Origin: Gnetum montanum
Lineage: Eukaryota; Plantae; Gnetophyta
Length of the DNA: 64,000 nucleotides
Assembly: GCA_015680685.1 (NCBI GenBank)
Contig: MNCI01000472.1
Span: 174,531-238,530 of the forward strand
Direction of reading: 5' to 3'
Shown here one piece after another: positions 46,801-60,049 of the stretch. Both the position numbers and the translations under genes were made by a program. Within the stretch, counting starts at the first letter, position 1. Every line of letters begins with the position of its first letter. The notes under the pieces were generated by a model. That model was not told where the DNA came from, did not search any database, and saw nothing but the letters and a program-made list of their open reading frames with translations.

Positions 46801-49800
46801 CCCTAACTTGAAGCACAAATTAAACATGCAAATCAAACCAAATGAATATGGAAAACTTGTTGGAAATGCTTGGGAAGTGGACCCTTCAATTTAGAGGAAA
46901 ATGATCAAGGGAAAGAGCTAATTCCTCACATTACTTTCACAATGTTTTAAATCCTAAAGAATTGCTTCATTTCTATACTTCAAACTACAACATGAAAGAA
47001 CATGTAATTCATGAGAAAAACATGCATGAACTTCAAGTTGTAAGAACTAGTATGTGAAGCATGTGAGAATGTGAGAATTAATGCAAGAACATAAGAGAAT
47101 TCATGTGTGAGAAAGCTTTAGAGAACTTGTAAGAAAATGAATCATAAATGGGATTCACTCCTCAATTGAGAAAGACATGCTTGTAAAAATGTAAGAAAGA
47201 AGAAAGATATTTGAAGCTGAGAGAGCTTTAAGTAAAGCACAAACACTTGCACACATTCATAAAATGAAGACAAAAAAAGATTATTTTTATTCAATGCAAA
47301 TGCTCTTGGCAAAAACAAGGAGAGGAATTTACCACTATTTGTATTTTTTTTTCATGGGAGGGTTTTACTTCTTTTGGCATGGGCCCAACATGAAGCCTCT
47401 TTTGTCATTTTTAGAAATGCTCTAAAGTTATTTTTCTATGATTTTCAAACATAAAAAAAACAACATTATAACCCCTAAATAACTTCAAGGAATACAAAGT
47501 AAGACTACCAACTACCTCTACTCTACCTAACATAGGAACTAGAAATAACTATGGAGGAGTATGAAGAAAGATCACACATTTTATACTATTTCTAACAAAT
47601 AAGTGACTATTTTATAAATAAAAATTACATTATTGGATATTTACATTAATTTTTAGAATTATCAAGCTATCTCACTATTAGGAAAATTACCAAGTTAACA
47701 CAAGTTTAATGTTCAAAGTTATGTCATGTTCATTCTACCATAATTAATGTGTATGAAAATGTAAATATTATGTTAAGAAACATTAATGAAATTACATGGG
47801 AATGAAATAATGCATAAAATAGAAAAATCTAAAGTCAGAGTATTGTAATGGAAGAAGTTCGATTTTGATTTTATTTTTGTTTATGAAAGAATATTAGTAT
47901 ATTATACTCAAATAAGACACTAGACAGTTAACTTAAATATGTGCTTTAGGCACTCACTAATTGTTACAAAACTTAAGAAATTAAATTGCAAGAGCTTTGC
48001 TATGTTAATGACTAAATAGTTTCATAAATGTAGCTAGTGGATATGTATTCATACTTGAAGATAGATACTAAGTTAATGCATTTGCATTTGCATAGCTAGA
48101 GCTAGATGCATGCTTCGATGTAACATTTGAATTTAGAAATTTTATTCTTCATCATGCCCACACAATTCACTCAAAACTTGTTCTCAAGTTATATGAAATG
48201 GATAGAGTTTGATCACAAAATTTGTGGGGTAATGCTAATTGAGATTACAAAATTGCAACTGACACTTGACAAAATAATTCAATTGGTATCTATTATTACA
48301 AAAAAATGGAATGGCACATCATGAAGACAATAGGAATTTACAAAAAATATTCAAAATTAATTGATGAAATTACATCAATAATGGAATCAACTTCTTTTTC
48401 GTGGTCTTTAATATCATGTTAATGTCATGGAGATTTTCTTCATCTATTTATGGATCCTTTGTGATATAAGAATGCTTGGCAATATCTGTTAAGATTAGGA
48501 CATCCCATGGATAGGATAAAATTTAGAAAGAGCTTGTTAACATTAATAAACTAGGTTACAAATGTGTCATTCATACTCCAAATTATCCAATCCTTATTTG
48601 TAGGCCTGGTATTCATTCATGCATTATACTAGTTCCTTAGCTACATCACGTTGTCTTATGAATTTACTCCTATAAAATTTTAACTTCATTATAGTTGCTC
48701 ATAGCTTGTTGTTGGTTTAATCATGAACCTAACATTCATGTTCATAGAGCATAAAGGTAGCTGCAAGTTGCTTCTTCAGCTCATTCTAGAACTTGGTCAA
48801 TGTAATGAAGGCTAAGTTGGAGTAATGCAAGTTGGCAAGCTCTAGATAATGGATGAGATCCTGAATTTGCAAATAGCTCTATGCTACTAATTACACATAT
48901 TGTATTTAGCATGTCTGTCCACATTGCCAAGTTATTGTCCTAGAGAAAATATCTATGTTGGTTTTGGGTAGCTTAACATTCTTCTCCTTGATCTCTTTCT
49001 AAATTCCTTCTTGATATTTATAATGATTTTTCATGTTCTTAAGCATTTTTGCTTCATTTTTGTAGTAATCTTTAATGTTGTCTATTTTAGAATGAGACAT
49101 ACTTATTACATGGACAAATTTCAGTTCTCTCTCATCAACCTAGCTATTTCTTATTCTTGTTTAATGTGTTGGAGGTTGGTTTTGAATACATCCTTATTTT
49201 TTATGACCTCCAACCTCTTATTTTCTACTACAAGCACCCTATTTTCCACTTCCAAATTGATAATAAACCTAGAACATAAAAATAACCTTGGTCCATGATG
49301 CCTCAAATGTGACTTATTATTTGTACTTCGACATCTCTCAAATAGAGTTTAACATATGCTCTAGTTTTAATTTCTTAAACTTCTTAATATATTTTGGGAT
49401 AATGCACATAGTTGAAACATTAAAATTTTCTTAAGCTCAATAAGATCTTGTTTTGCTTGGAGTAATTCAGCTTCACATTGCTACTTTAGTACCTTGACTA
49501 GTATTAATTTTTTCTTAGTGGTTAGTAATTTTAACTAGAGGATAGTAAAATCTTCAAGAATTTCTATTGTCTTATCTAACCTCTACCTTGTGCTTACTAA
49601 TTTATTCAATAGTGTTTCATGCTCTTCTATTGTCATTTGTCCTAGACCAATAGCTTCTCCTTGTTGTTTTGACTTCTTTCCTTTTACTATGGACATTAAG
49701 ATGTTCTATTAGATATTGAAACCAAAGGTCAATATCATAGTGTTCAACTCTCTACTCAAGTATTCAATAACTATGCTAACAACCTCCTCATATCATTCAT

Positions 49801-50326
49801 GGGGAAATACAATCATAATTGTACAATTTCCTTCTTCCACCATTAGTTACAAGGATGGTGCATTTCTAGAGGTGGTTAACCAATCATCAAGCAATTTAAT
49901 TAAGATCTCTTTGGTTACTAGATTCATCATATCTTAAGACTAGCCTTGAGATATAGTTGCTAAGAGATTAGACAAATTTTGGCTTCTCTAGCTTATCTCA
50001 TGTATGAGTTTCCTATTAGAGTTTAATTTTATGTTACTTGATAACTCTAATTACCCAAGAATCTTATGGTTAGAAACATAACTTCAAAAGTAATTAACTT
50101 ATCCTTTTCATAATAAATTTTAAAATTGAAAGGGTTTATAGATGTCACAAATCATAAATTACTATGATAATTATTAGTCTTACGATGAAGACAATAGTCA
50201 TTTCTGGATAACTTATTTATGTACAAACTCTATGTATGACTTAGCTACACTTCTTCATATCTTCTTCTTTTACTCTAATGAAGCCTCCCAAGTGATCTTC
50301 TTTTCTTATTTAAGAAACTATAATGG

Positions 50327-50820
50327 CATAACATCCCCTTCCTAATTACTGAGTGGAGTTATATTATATGTAAAAAAGTAATCAACCTTTGAATGAAGGA
50401 TTGCCTTGTTATGAGGAGTTGTAATCATTTTCAATATCATTTGGGAGTTTGACCTGTGATATTTAAGGTTAGGAACTTAGAAGTCATACCATCATGGAGT
50501 TGCAAAGCTAACAATGGTAAGTAATGAAAATTAGGTAAGGTGAGACAAGAAGGGATTAATCACCTCTTTGGTATTATGACCTAACCATGATGGCAATCTT
50601 GGATTTCCTCTAAGATTCCTAAGTGTCACGTGAAGAAAACCCCATGACCTCCATGTTAACACTTATTTCTACCATTATTATCATCAATAAAGTCATTTTT
50701 CCTGTTTCCATTTAATTGAAGTCTCTTATTTTTCATTATTCATATTATTCAGGGTAGCAATGAAGAATTATCATTATCATGAACATCTAGGAATGAGATG
50801 TCACATTTGGTATTAAAGTA
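50327..50820 (+). mobile_element. Degenerate 5' LTR plus tRNA-iMet-type PBS, truncated by the element at 51011
   Basis: Homologous to solo LTR 12633-13206. Ends GATGTCACA (50805), then TTTGGTATTAAAG, a decayed TGGTATCAGAG. Confidence 0.6.
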
Positions 50821-51010
50821 AATCACAATTCATAAACCAAAAGTGAAATCAACTGAAACATAAGAACCCATGTTTTATTAGGTATGGAAAAACAAGTACA
50901 TCAATGGGAAGAAATATGGTAATAATAATAGGAAAGAATGGGATAAAGAACAAAAGGAAATTAGGAAGAAAAAACAACATGGGATAAGGGTGAGTTTAAA
51001 ATTTCAACTC

Positions 51011-51866
51011 TAATGAGTGACGAGGTACCCATACACTCAACCATACGAATACAAGCATGTACGCACGATCCAATTGAACTTCATGGATGGACTAGTTATG
51101 GCACCTAGATAATTATATGTTGATCACAGTTTGCTGTCTTCCCACCTGGACTAGTACTTGCTTTGTCACGTATGGTTTAGTCCAGAGTGAGGTGTATGAT
51201 GTGGTTTCTACTACTATGATACTTCTAAGGACAATGAGAAATAACTTAATTAAGCTAATAAGCAATAGGAAATAAAATCTAAGCTAGCTTAAGTGCACTG
51301 AGCATCTATCCCTAATCATCCGTTTTCATCTTGGACTTCGTGTACTACCTCTAGTGTTGCCGAGCACACATCACTCAAGACACTACTTGATATGCTACTG
51401 GGTTACCATGTAGTTACACTTAAATGTTCGTGATTAAGATGTACCCATTCTGCATTAACAATAGGAATAGTAAATGATAGTAAAAGGAATATTAATTAAG
51501 AAAATAGTAATAAATAATAAATAATTTAAAAAAATTAAAAGCTAAGTGAATGCTGCAATGATGGGGTAATCTTGATCTTTATTGTCAATCGTGTGCATGT
51601 CCAAGTACGTCACACTCAAACAAAGATTCTGTACAATTATGAGCATCACACTGTAGGCATGCACTTGGGAAAGAACTGAAAACTAACTAAAACTAACAAA
51701 AGATTCAAAACTCCTAATGACTAATTATCTTAATGTCCCCTCCTCATGTGCTTGAATTTTATATTTATAGGAAAACATAGGAATCATGATATCATGTATA
51801 TGATATCATATCAAGGCTGTGATATCACGTACCCGATATCAAGGCCTGGCAAACCACAATTCATCA
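51011..51866 (-). repeat. 3' LTR
   Basis: TAATGAG..TCATCA termini, aligns to 59201-60049. Confidence 0.9.
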
Positions 51867-52029
51867 TACCCCCACAACCGAATAAAAAATCATCCTCAAG
51901 TCAAAAAAAATGAGGAACAAGTTGATTTGATTATATAGTGGATAGGTATGGGATTATGGACTGACTATGGATTATTTCATGTTGCAGTGTGGGACTAGAC
52001 AAAAAAAAAAAAAAAAATCTAGACACCAA

Positions 52030-54861
52030 CACAAAATAAAAAATTGTTTGGAACTCATGTGGTTCTTGGTGGCGATGGCTCCTCCATGGGCTTTTCTCTT
52101 TTATCTTGTGCTCCAAGCTTTTGAAATGGATACTTTTGAAGGAGTGCCTAAAGTTTTTCCTCCTTTGTCTGAGGATCATGTGCCATCCATGTTGATATTC
52201 CAATGTTTGATGGAGTTGGCACCTCCCATGGACACAACAATTGCAGAAACATTTGATTGGCTTTGACATACCATGTCGCAAAAAACCATCATTCCTCCTC
52301 ATAGGTTCCAAATTTATCTCTAAATTCCTGATAATTTGTAAGCTGTCAAGCCAATTCTGCTACTACGTACTTTTGTCCTTAGTAGCTAGCTTTTACCACC
52401 TCTAGTTTAGAGTTTGCTACCTCTAGTTTCTACAATGTCTTCTTGTGTTCAGCAAACTCTATCTCATATTTGGCATATGTGGCAGCTACATGCTTCTCTA
52501 GCTCAGTCCTCAGGCACCTTGCTGTTAACATGGCCAAGTTGGCATACTGGAAATTTGCCAACTCCATGTATTTTGTGACATCCTAGATCTACAGGTCTCG
52601 ACTCTTTAACTCTGCTTGGTGGATGAAGGCATAAGTGTCCAGTATGGCTCACCAATTAGTGTGTTGAGCATTGAAAGAGTTAATGTGATCCTTAGTCATA
52701 TAGATTTCATTTTTAATGATCTCCTTATACATCCCCACCTAATCATGAAAATGTTTCTTTAATTTTTCATGCCATTTAGCTTCATTTTGCCATGCGCTTA
52801 TTTCAATGGTTGTCTTTTACCGGATGATGTGTACCTCCTCCATTGAGAGGGTTTTGTTCTCTATGGCCAAGCGACTTATGTCTTGGTTGACTCTTATTAG
52901 TTATTCTTGCATTTGCTGGAAACTTTTCTCAAGAACATTCTTTTGCTTTTTAACTATCATCAATCGAAGATTTTCAGCAGCAAGGAGTTTATTTTCTTCT
53001 TGTAAGGCCTTGAGTGCTTTTGCATGTGCATATGTCTAAGCCTGTGCTTTTAAAGCACTCCAATCAACCTTCTCATTTTCCATTGTCACCCTTTTACTCT
53101 TCACTAGAAATTTATTTAGCTACTCTATCCTAAATGATTCTAGCTAATTCGCTGGAACAAGTTGGAATGGATCTTGTTGTTTAGCCTGTAGGAAACAAAC
53201 TTTTCCTGGAGTATCTTCAACTCGTCTTCTGCATGTTCAGCCCTAACGTCAGCCATGACCAGCTTTCCTTTAGTGGAAATGAGATCTAATTATTTTATTG
53301 TGACATCTTGGGGGATGTCAAACAAGGATGTCATTACTTGTCCTATTTGCATCAAGCGATCTAGAGCATCCTCATGTTTCGTAGGAGTCATTGAGGTATC
53401 AGCCAGAACTTGAGCATCACATGCTCCTGTGAAATTTGTTGGTGGCATAATAGGGATGTTAAATGATACTTTGATGTGGCTTGTGATCACCTCTGCTACT
53501 CCAGCTACATCCTGGTGTTGCATTATCACTACTGTGGCATCTTCACCAATTTCTAATTGTAATTGGAATGATGTAGCATTTCCTGAGATCTATTGTGACC
53601 AGTGCCATCCCCCTCCTCCTATTTGTATTGAGACCTTGCCCCTTACATGATCGATTGATATGGTGGGTTGTATGGCATCATTGATCACCTTGAAGAGATT
53701 GGCGTCATCCCTACTTCCCCAATTGACCATTTCTGCGATGACCCTAAGATGGCTCATTGATGGTTGGTAATCTTGTGGTGGTGGTGGTGGTGGTTGCTAG
53801 TCCTGTTGGCCTATGGGCTGCATGCTGGGCCCTACTTCTTGTTGTTGGATGAGCCTCGTGTTTGGAAGTTGGCTAGGCCCTACTGTTTGAGGTGTAATGG
53901 GCACAACCATCTATTCTTGTTCAGGCTCCAGTGTCTCACCAACAACTCTTCTTGGTGCTAGTGGCTTTAGTAATTCAGCATATGAAGCATTTGGAGCTTT
54001 TCTGGGGACATCATTAGTGTGCCCCAGAATTCTAGCATGCTAGCACAACTTCCTAATTAGACATGGAAAGGGGAGTATGAAATTTCCTATCTTCCATTCT
54101 TCAAACTGCCTCAATATCTCTGTTAAATAATAATGGGACAAATTGACATCAACCTTTCCCATCAAGATTGCACTTCCTTTAGTTGCATAGGTAGAAATCT
54201 TATTTAACCCCTTTGTTGGAAAAATGTGATAGGTGCCAATTTTAAAATAAATTCTTTCTTCAAGGGTTAGTTCTCCATATGTTTTTTCTTCTTTTCCATA
54301 TGTCCTTTTTAGCCATACTTTTCTTGCATTTGCATCAGAGCAGGTGGATAGATGAGCAACTTTAGGCCATGTATTTGAAAGATTTAGAACTTCCGCAATG
54401 GCCTTTGTGGAGAAATCAACTAAAATTCCACCAATATTGATGGTGGTACCTTCCTCTTTATTATAAAAAAATTGATAGGTTTTCCCCAAATACCATTCTC
54501 CAATTTTTGAGAGGACAGACCATAGTGGAGATTCCTTCAGTTGATCCTTGACTGGTTTAATGGCGAATTCCATAAAAGGTCCAAAATTAAGTTCCATAAT
54601 CATTGTAGCAGATGTGTACCTTTCCTGAATGGCTTGAACGCATTCCAGGAAGAACATGAGATGTTGTCCTTTTTTAGGTGCCCTTCCCTCTCCACCTTTT
54701 TCTTGACCATATTTTGCAGTAATAGGGGTTTTCTAATGGATGTTGAATGATTGTGCCTCCTATTCTGCATGTTTCACATGAGGTCCTTGGCCTTTGCCTC
54801 TTCTTGGACATTTGGCTACACCTTGAGAAGGTCCTCCCTATTATCCTCGTTTAGAGGCCAT
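52030..54861 (-). pseudogene. env-like extra ORF (Athila type), degenerate, with coiled-coil C-terminal half
   Basis: 54040-54657 frame contains IGGILVDFSTKAIAEVLNL..LPFPCLIRKLC, resembling the Athila env-like / 'putative plant transposon protein' motif. ATG at 54861 follows a splice acceptor. Confidence 0.7.
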
Positions 54862-56684
54862 CTGTAACCACAAAAAGATTGATTGTTAGTAAGGTTATTT
54901 AAAGAAGTTCAATTATCTCATACCTTACCTATTGCCTTTAATAAATGTTGAATTCTTTGCTTAGTGTGATTTCAGAATTAGAAATTTTTTAAGGAAGTTT
55001 CTCTAAAAGTTTTAATATTGGATGCAATTTGATCAGGTGACTCCAATAATAATTTAAATGATTTGGGTGAAGGAGGAAAATTAGTTTGACATGATTTTTT
55101 AACATTTCCTAATAGTACTTACCCCTATGATATCCTTCGGGTGATAGAAAATTTCAAAAATGTTATGTGAAAATTCTATAGTACACCTCCCCCACAACTA
55201 AGTTAAACACTTTGGGTTTAATTAGGTGTGATTAGAAGGGAAATCAGAGCATTAACAAGCGATATATTGATGGTTGAATGTTAGACTCTCAAAGTGCTAA
55301 AAATCAAAAATAGGGTACTTAGTAAAATTAATAGTTTTTCGAGTTTTTTTTTAGCCAAAATGAATGATTTAAAGTAGATTTGAAAGGTCTAGGGTAATGT
55401 CAAGTGGAAATTAAGGCACCAAAAGTGTAAAGAAGTGGAGTTATACAATGAAGTTATTTGAATAGGATATGGAAAAAGGACATGTAGTGGTTCTAAGAAA
55501 CATTTGGTTGAAATAATGACAAAGGAAAGAATAGATTTGACAATGTAATGCTCGGAGGGTATAGAATGATGTGGTGGTGTGCACCAAGTACAAGTTACAA
55601 AAGTCATGTAAGTGGATCCTCCCCAGAGCAGGTTCCAACCTATCATGCCCTTGCATAACGACACCTTAAAATGTCTGTAGGTACTAGAAGGGTTAAATGC
55701 AATCCACATTTGTGCAACAAACACATATATGTTAAATACCACTGTGATGAGGTATGAATTCTATGCCATACAAGACACTAATTAGAAGTACTTGGACCAT
55801 GAGATGAGACAAATCGTAGAAGGGATTGTAGAGATCAAGATGTGAGGTAACTTACCCTAGGCATAATAAATCTAAAGTGTTGTGCATGATTAAAGTACTA
55901 TTAGCTTGTCGCTCCAAGATCAAAACCAAGTCCATACCTCTGATCAGTGACATCGCATTATTTTATCCCAATGATAGACAACCATAAGAGCATCATGATA
56001 GCAAGGTGTACGATCACTTGGAATTTAACACAAGGGAGGAGTGATGTGAATTTTTTTGCAACATGTTTTCCTCGATCTTTTCTTTTCTACTTCTCTTATT
56101 TCTTTTATTTTTCTTCTTCTAGCCACTTCTGCACTTTGTCTTTCCTAGCGGGGATTTGGGGAAGCCACCAACTTTTAGACATGGGTGCATGTCTTTCTAG
56201 TGGGACCCTCTAGAATAGCATTGAGTTCCTTTATTGAGTGCCTTTATTACAACTCTTACTTCCATTTTTCGATCTACAAGGATCTTAGTACAACCAAGCT
56301 GCATGATAGCATATATAGATGTCACCAAAGAGAATCCACAAATCCCCTTGATGTCAGACCCTTGCCATTCCTTCTTAGTTTGTCATTCTTTCCTCTGGGC
56401 ATAATGAGTACAAAGTTACTCTTAAGTTTTAATGATAACAAGAATATCATCGTACCCAGAGTAGAACCTCTTATTAATAGAATGGGTGGGTGGATGTTCT
56501 GGGCTCATTGTCGAAATAATTAGTCACATGTGACTTGATAGCATAGAAAAAAACCTCAACCAATTGGTCACATGAGTATTTTCTTCACAAATGAGATTAC
56601 CCTCAAAAAGATAAAAAGACAAATTGAAAAATGAAGAATTAGAAAACAAAAAATTGTTAAACCAAAGAAAAGAAAAAACATTTA

Positions 56685-59066
56685 CTAATCCTTCTTGTTA
56701 GAATGGGGGATATCCCCCAAGACTAAACCTTTGATCATGGTGAGAATTAATAAATGGAAAGTTTGGATCCATGCATGTTGGAGATATTGGGGTCCAATCA
56801 TATCCAAACCAATAGGTGTCTTTTTGTGTAGTGGAAGGAATGTACTTAGATTGGGGTTCACACACTTGACTAAAGTAGGCATAGTGGGCTAGATTATAAG
56901 ATGTGGTCATGTGATAAGAAGCTAACCCACTATGGCATCCATGACCATAAGATGATATGCAAGGATCGATAGGTCTTCCTACATTGTTATATTCATTGGG
57001 TCGTGTAGTTGTTGGAGTGTTGATTGGTGGCCTAGATAAGGTAACGGGAGGTGTTGAGTTTGAAGAGGAAGATACATCACTGTGTTGGGTTTATGTTGAG
57101 TTGGAGGATGCAATGGTTTTAGAGCCGTGCTATCTCTTTCTATGGCCATGCCTAAAGAAAGGATGCTTTCGATGTTGTGGAGGATCCCCACTACTATTAA
57201 CAGTAACAACACAAGTAATGTTCGTTTGTTGGTGTGGTGGTGTAAAACCTTCTAGTACAATTGGTGGCAATGTAGAAGGAGGTGAAAAATGAGAATATTG
57301 AGAGTAAAGAGGAGGGTAAGGGACATAAGGTGATAATACTGCAGGTGAGGACATGGGTTGATTATACTTGGGAGAATGATAATGATGAGGTGAAGTAGAG
57401 GATGTTGATCTAGTTGGAGAAATAGGATGTTGAACATAATAAGCACTTGGTGTTGGGGGATATGAAGGGTGAGGCCAATTTGACAATGGTCTCCCCCACA
57501 ACTGGGGGTTTTGCCATTACGGTTGAGCATAGTACTTCTGTATGAAATCTAGATGTAGCATTCTTTCCCAATGCTCATGTAGATGTGACAAGATTAGGCA
57601 TTGGCCTTTGGGGTGATTGTACAGGAAAACATCACATTAATACTTATGATTTGCAATTGATCCCCTATCCTTGTTGTCTTTATCCCTTCTTTCTGATTAT
57701 CGAATGGTGTTCTGTCCTGTTTCTAAGTTTGGCATCCTCTATTTGTTCTGGTTGTCAGAGTGATCTTGCATGGTTTTCCCTCTAATAATGTTTGCATATT
57801 CTCTGCATTTTTCATGTACCCACTTTGTCATCTTATTGATTTTTGCCTCAATTTCATCTTGTGATTTTAGTATTGGCAAAGATGGGGATGATTCCACCTC
57901 CTCAAGGTGAGTCGATTTCTCCTCTTCATGATTATGGACCTTTGTTACTTTAAGAGTTTGGTCCTATTGAGTTCTTTTAACATTCTCCCATTTGTCTATT
58001 TCTCCTTCTTCTTTTGCTACTTTCTTAATAAGCTCTTGGAATTGGTGGGTTCATAGTTCATATAGTTGACCTAGGGAATACATCCCTAGGGTCTCCCTTA
58101 TTTCATTACGGAGTCCATCCATGATGTGACACATTAGCCTTTCCTCGAAGAACCCATGACCTAGACATTTGTTTAACAAAGATTAATATCTTTCTAAGGC
58201 CATGTTCAAGGATTCATGTTTCCCTTATTTCCACTCTTGGAGTTGTCTCCTCAAGGCTGACACTCTTGCATAGGTTTGATATATTTCGTTGAAGAGTTTC
58301 ACCATTATAGGCCATCAGTGAATTGAATTTGGTTTTAAAGACTTGTACCACACTTTTTCTTGGCCCATGAGTGTCATAAGAAATAACTTAAGTCTTTGCC
58401 ATCAATTATTAATGTTGTTCCATGCACAGGCATCATAGAAGGCTTGTAAATGATGTTGCAGATCTAAATCATATCCTCCTGAGAACTTGGGAAAGTTGTT
58501 TAATTCAAGCTTAGGTAGACAGATTTCCTTGTGATGCCTACATGATATTTGAATGGCCTCTATTATATGCATTAGGTCCTAGTAGCTAGCAGGGGTTCAT
58601 CATCACTAAGTAGGTTGTCAGTTTGTGAGTTGGAACGATGTTGTCTTTGTTCATGTTGGTGTTCCTGATTTTGTCCATGGGTTCAATTTTTATTTCTATG
58701 CTGACCCCTTGAGGAATAGTCATCAGTGTCACAACCTGATGTTGAAAGAGTAGAGGAAGAAAGAGAATTAGAAGACTTGTCATGACTTTTGTAAGTCTCC
58801 TAATCATCCCCTGATGTACTCTTGCTAATCATTGAGAAGGTCCTAGGCCTTACGAGCCCCCTCATTCTAGGAGATGTCCCATCCTCGCTAGAGGTTTCTG
58901 AGTTGGATGACAAGAGTCCTTGAGTATCATTAGGGTGTTCATGAACATATGAAACTCTTGCATAAGATTGCATACTCCAAACTTCTTCTTCATCATAAAT
59001 TTCATTGGTTATCTAATGAATTGCCTTGCTAGATGTTGCATTATCGTTATCCTATGAGAGAGACAT
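56685..59066 (-). pseudogene. gag: Degenerate gag
   Basis: Collinear with 360-2342 (NNFPKFSGGYDLD, NKCLGHGFFEERL, NHPKGQC), with about 0.25 kb extra sequence near 58690-58950. Confidence 0.85.
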
Positions 59067-59200
59067 TATTGTGAATTGTGTGTGACTTAGTTAAATTTAA
59101 TTTCTTTGTTTGAAAGATAGATTGTTAATACATTTTTATAGAGATCTTATATGATATAACTAATCTAGATAACTAGCACCATCCTTGGCAACAACACCAA

Positions 59201-60049
59201 TAATGAACATCGAGGTAACCCTATGCTCAACCATATGAATATGAGTGTGTATGCATGATCTGGTTGAACTTCGCGGATGAACTAGTTGTGGCACCTAGAT
59301 AGTTATATGTTGAATGTAGTTCATTGTTTTCCCACTTGGACTAGTATTTTCTTTGTCACATATGATTTAGTCCAGAGTTAGGTGTATGATTTGGTTTCTA
59401 CTACTATGCTACTCCTAAGGACAATGAGAAATAGCTTAATTAAGATAATAAGCAATAGGAAATAAAATCTAAGCTAGCCTAAGTGGATTGAGCATCCGTC
59501 CCTAATAATCTATATGCATCTTGGACTTTGTGTATTACTTCTGGGGTTGCCAAGCACACATCACTCAAGACACTACTTGATACGCTACTGGGTTACCATG
59601 TAGTTACACTTAAATGTTCATGATTAAGATGTACTTATTCCACATTAATAACAAGAATAGTAAATGACAGGAAAAGGAATATTAACTAAGAAAAAAGTAA
59701 TAAATAATAAATAATTTAAAAAAATAAAAGTTAAGTGAATGTTTAAATGATGGGGTATTCTTGATCTTTATTGCCGATTGTGTGCATGTCCAAGTACATC
59801 ATACTTGAACAAAGGTTTCGTACAATTATAAGTATCACACTATGGGCAACAACTAACTAAATTTACAAAAGACTCAAAACTCCTAATGACTAACTATCCT
59901 AATGCCCCCTCCCCATAGTCCTGAATGCTATATTTATAGGCCAACACAGAAATCATGATATCGTGTATACGATATCATATCTAGGCTGCAATATCATGTA
60001 CCTAATAGCATGTACCCAATATTGGGACCTGGAAAACCGTGATTCATCA
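59201..60049 (-). repeat. 5' LTR
   Basis: Adjacent to the PBS, TAATGA..TCATCA termini. Confidence 0.9.

Larger units (their letters stand above)
51011..60049 (-). mobile_element. Two-LTR, pol-less Athila-like element: LTR-PBS-gag-noncoding-env-like ORF-PPT-LTR (9.0 kb)
   Basis: LTRs 59201-60049 and 51011-51866, decayed tRNA-Asp PBS 59182-59199, PPT at about 51867-51878. No PR/RT/RH/INT motifs between gag and the env-like ORF. Confidence 0.9.

Noticed and set aside
44420-48400. AT-rich region with LTR-like patches
   Set aside because: I could not establish termini, PBS, TSD or an internal homologue, so it is left unannotated.
49700-50320. Possible endogenous caulimovirid movement-protein remnant
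   Set aside because: Only a vague resemblance after manual translation. No diagnostic motif or linked viral RT/CP was seen.
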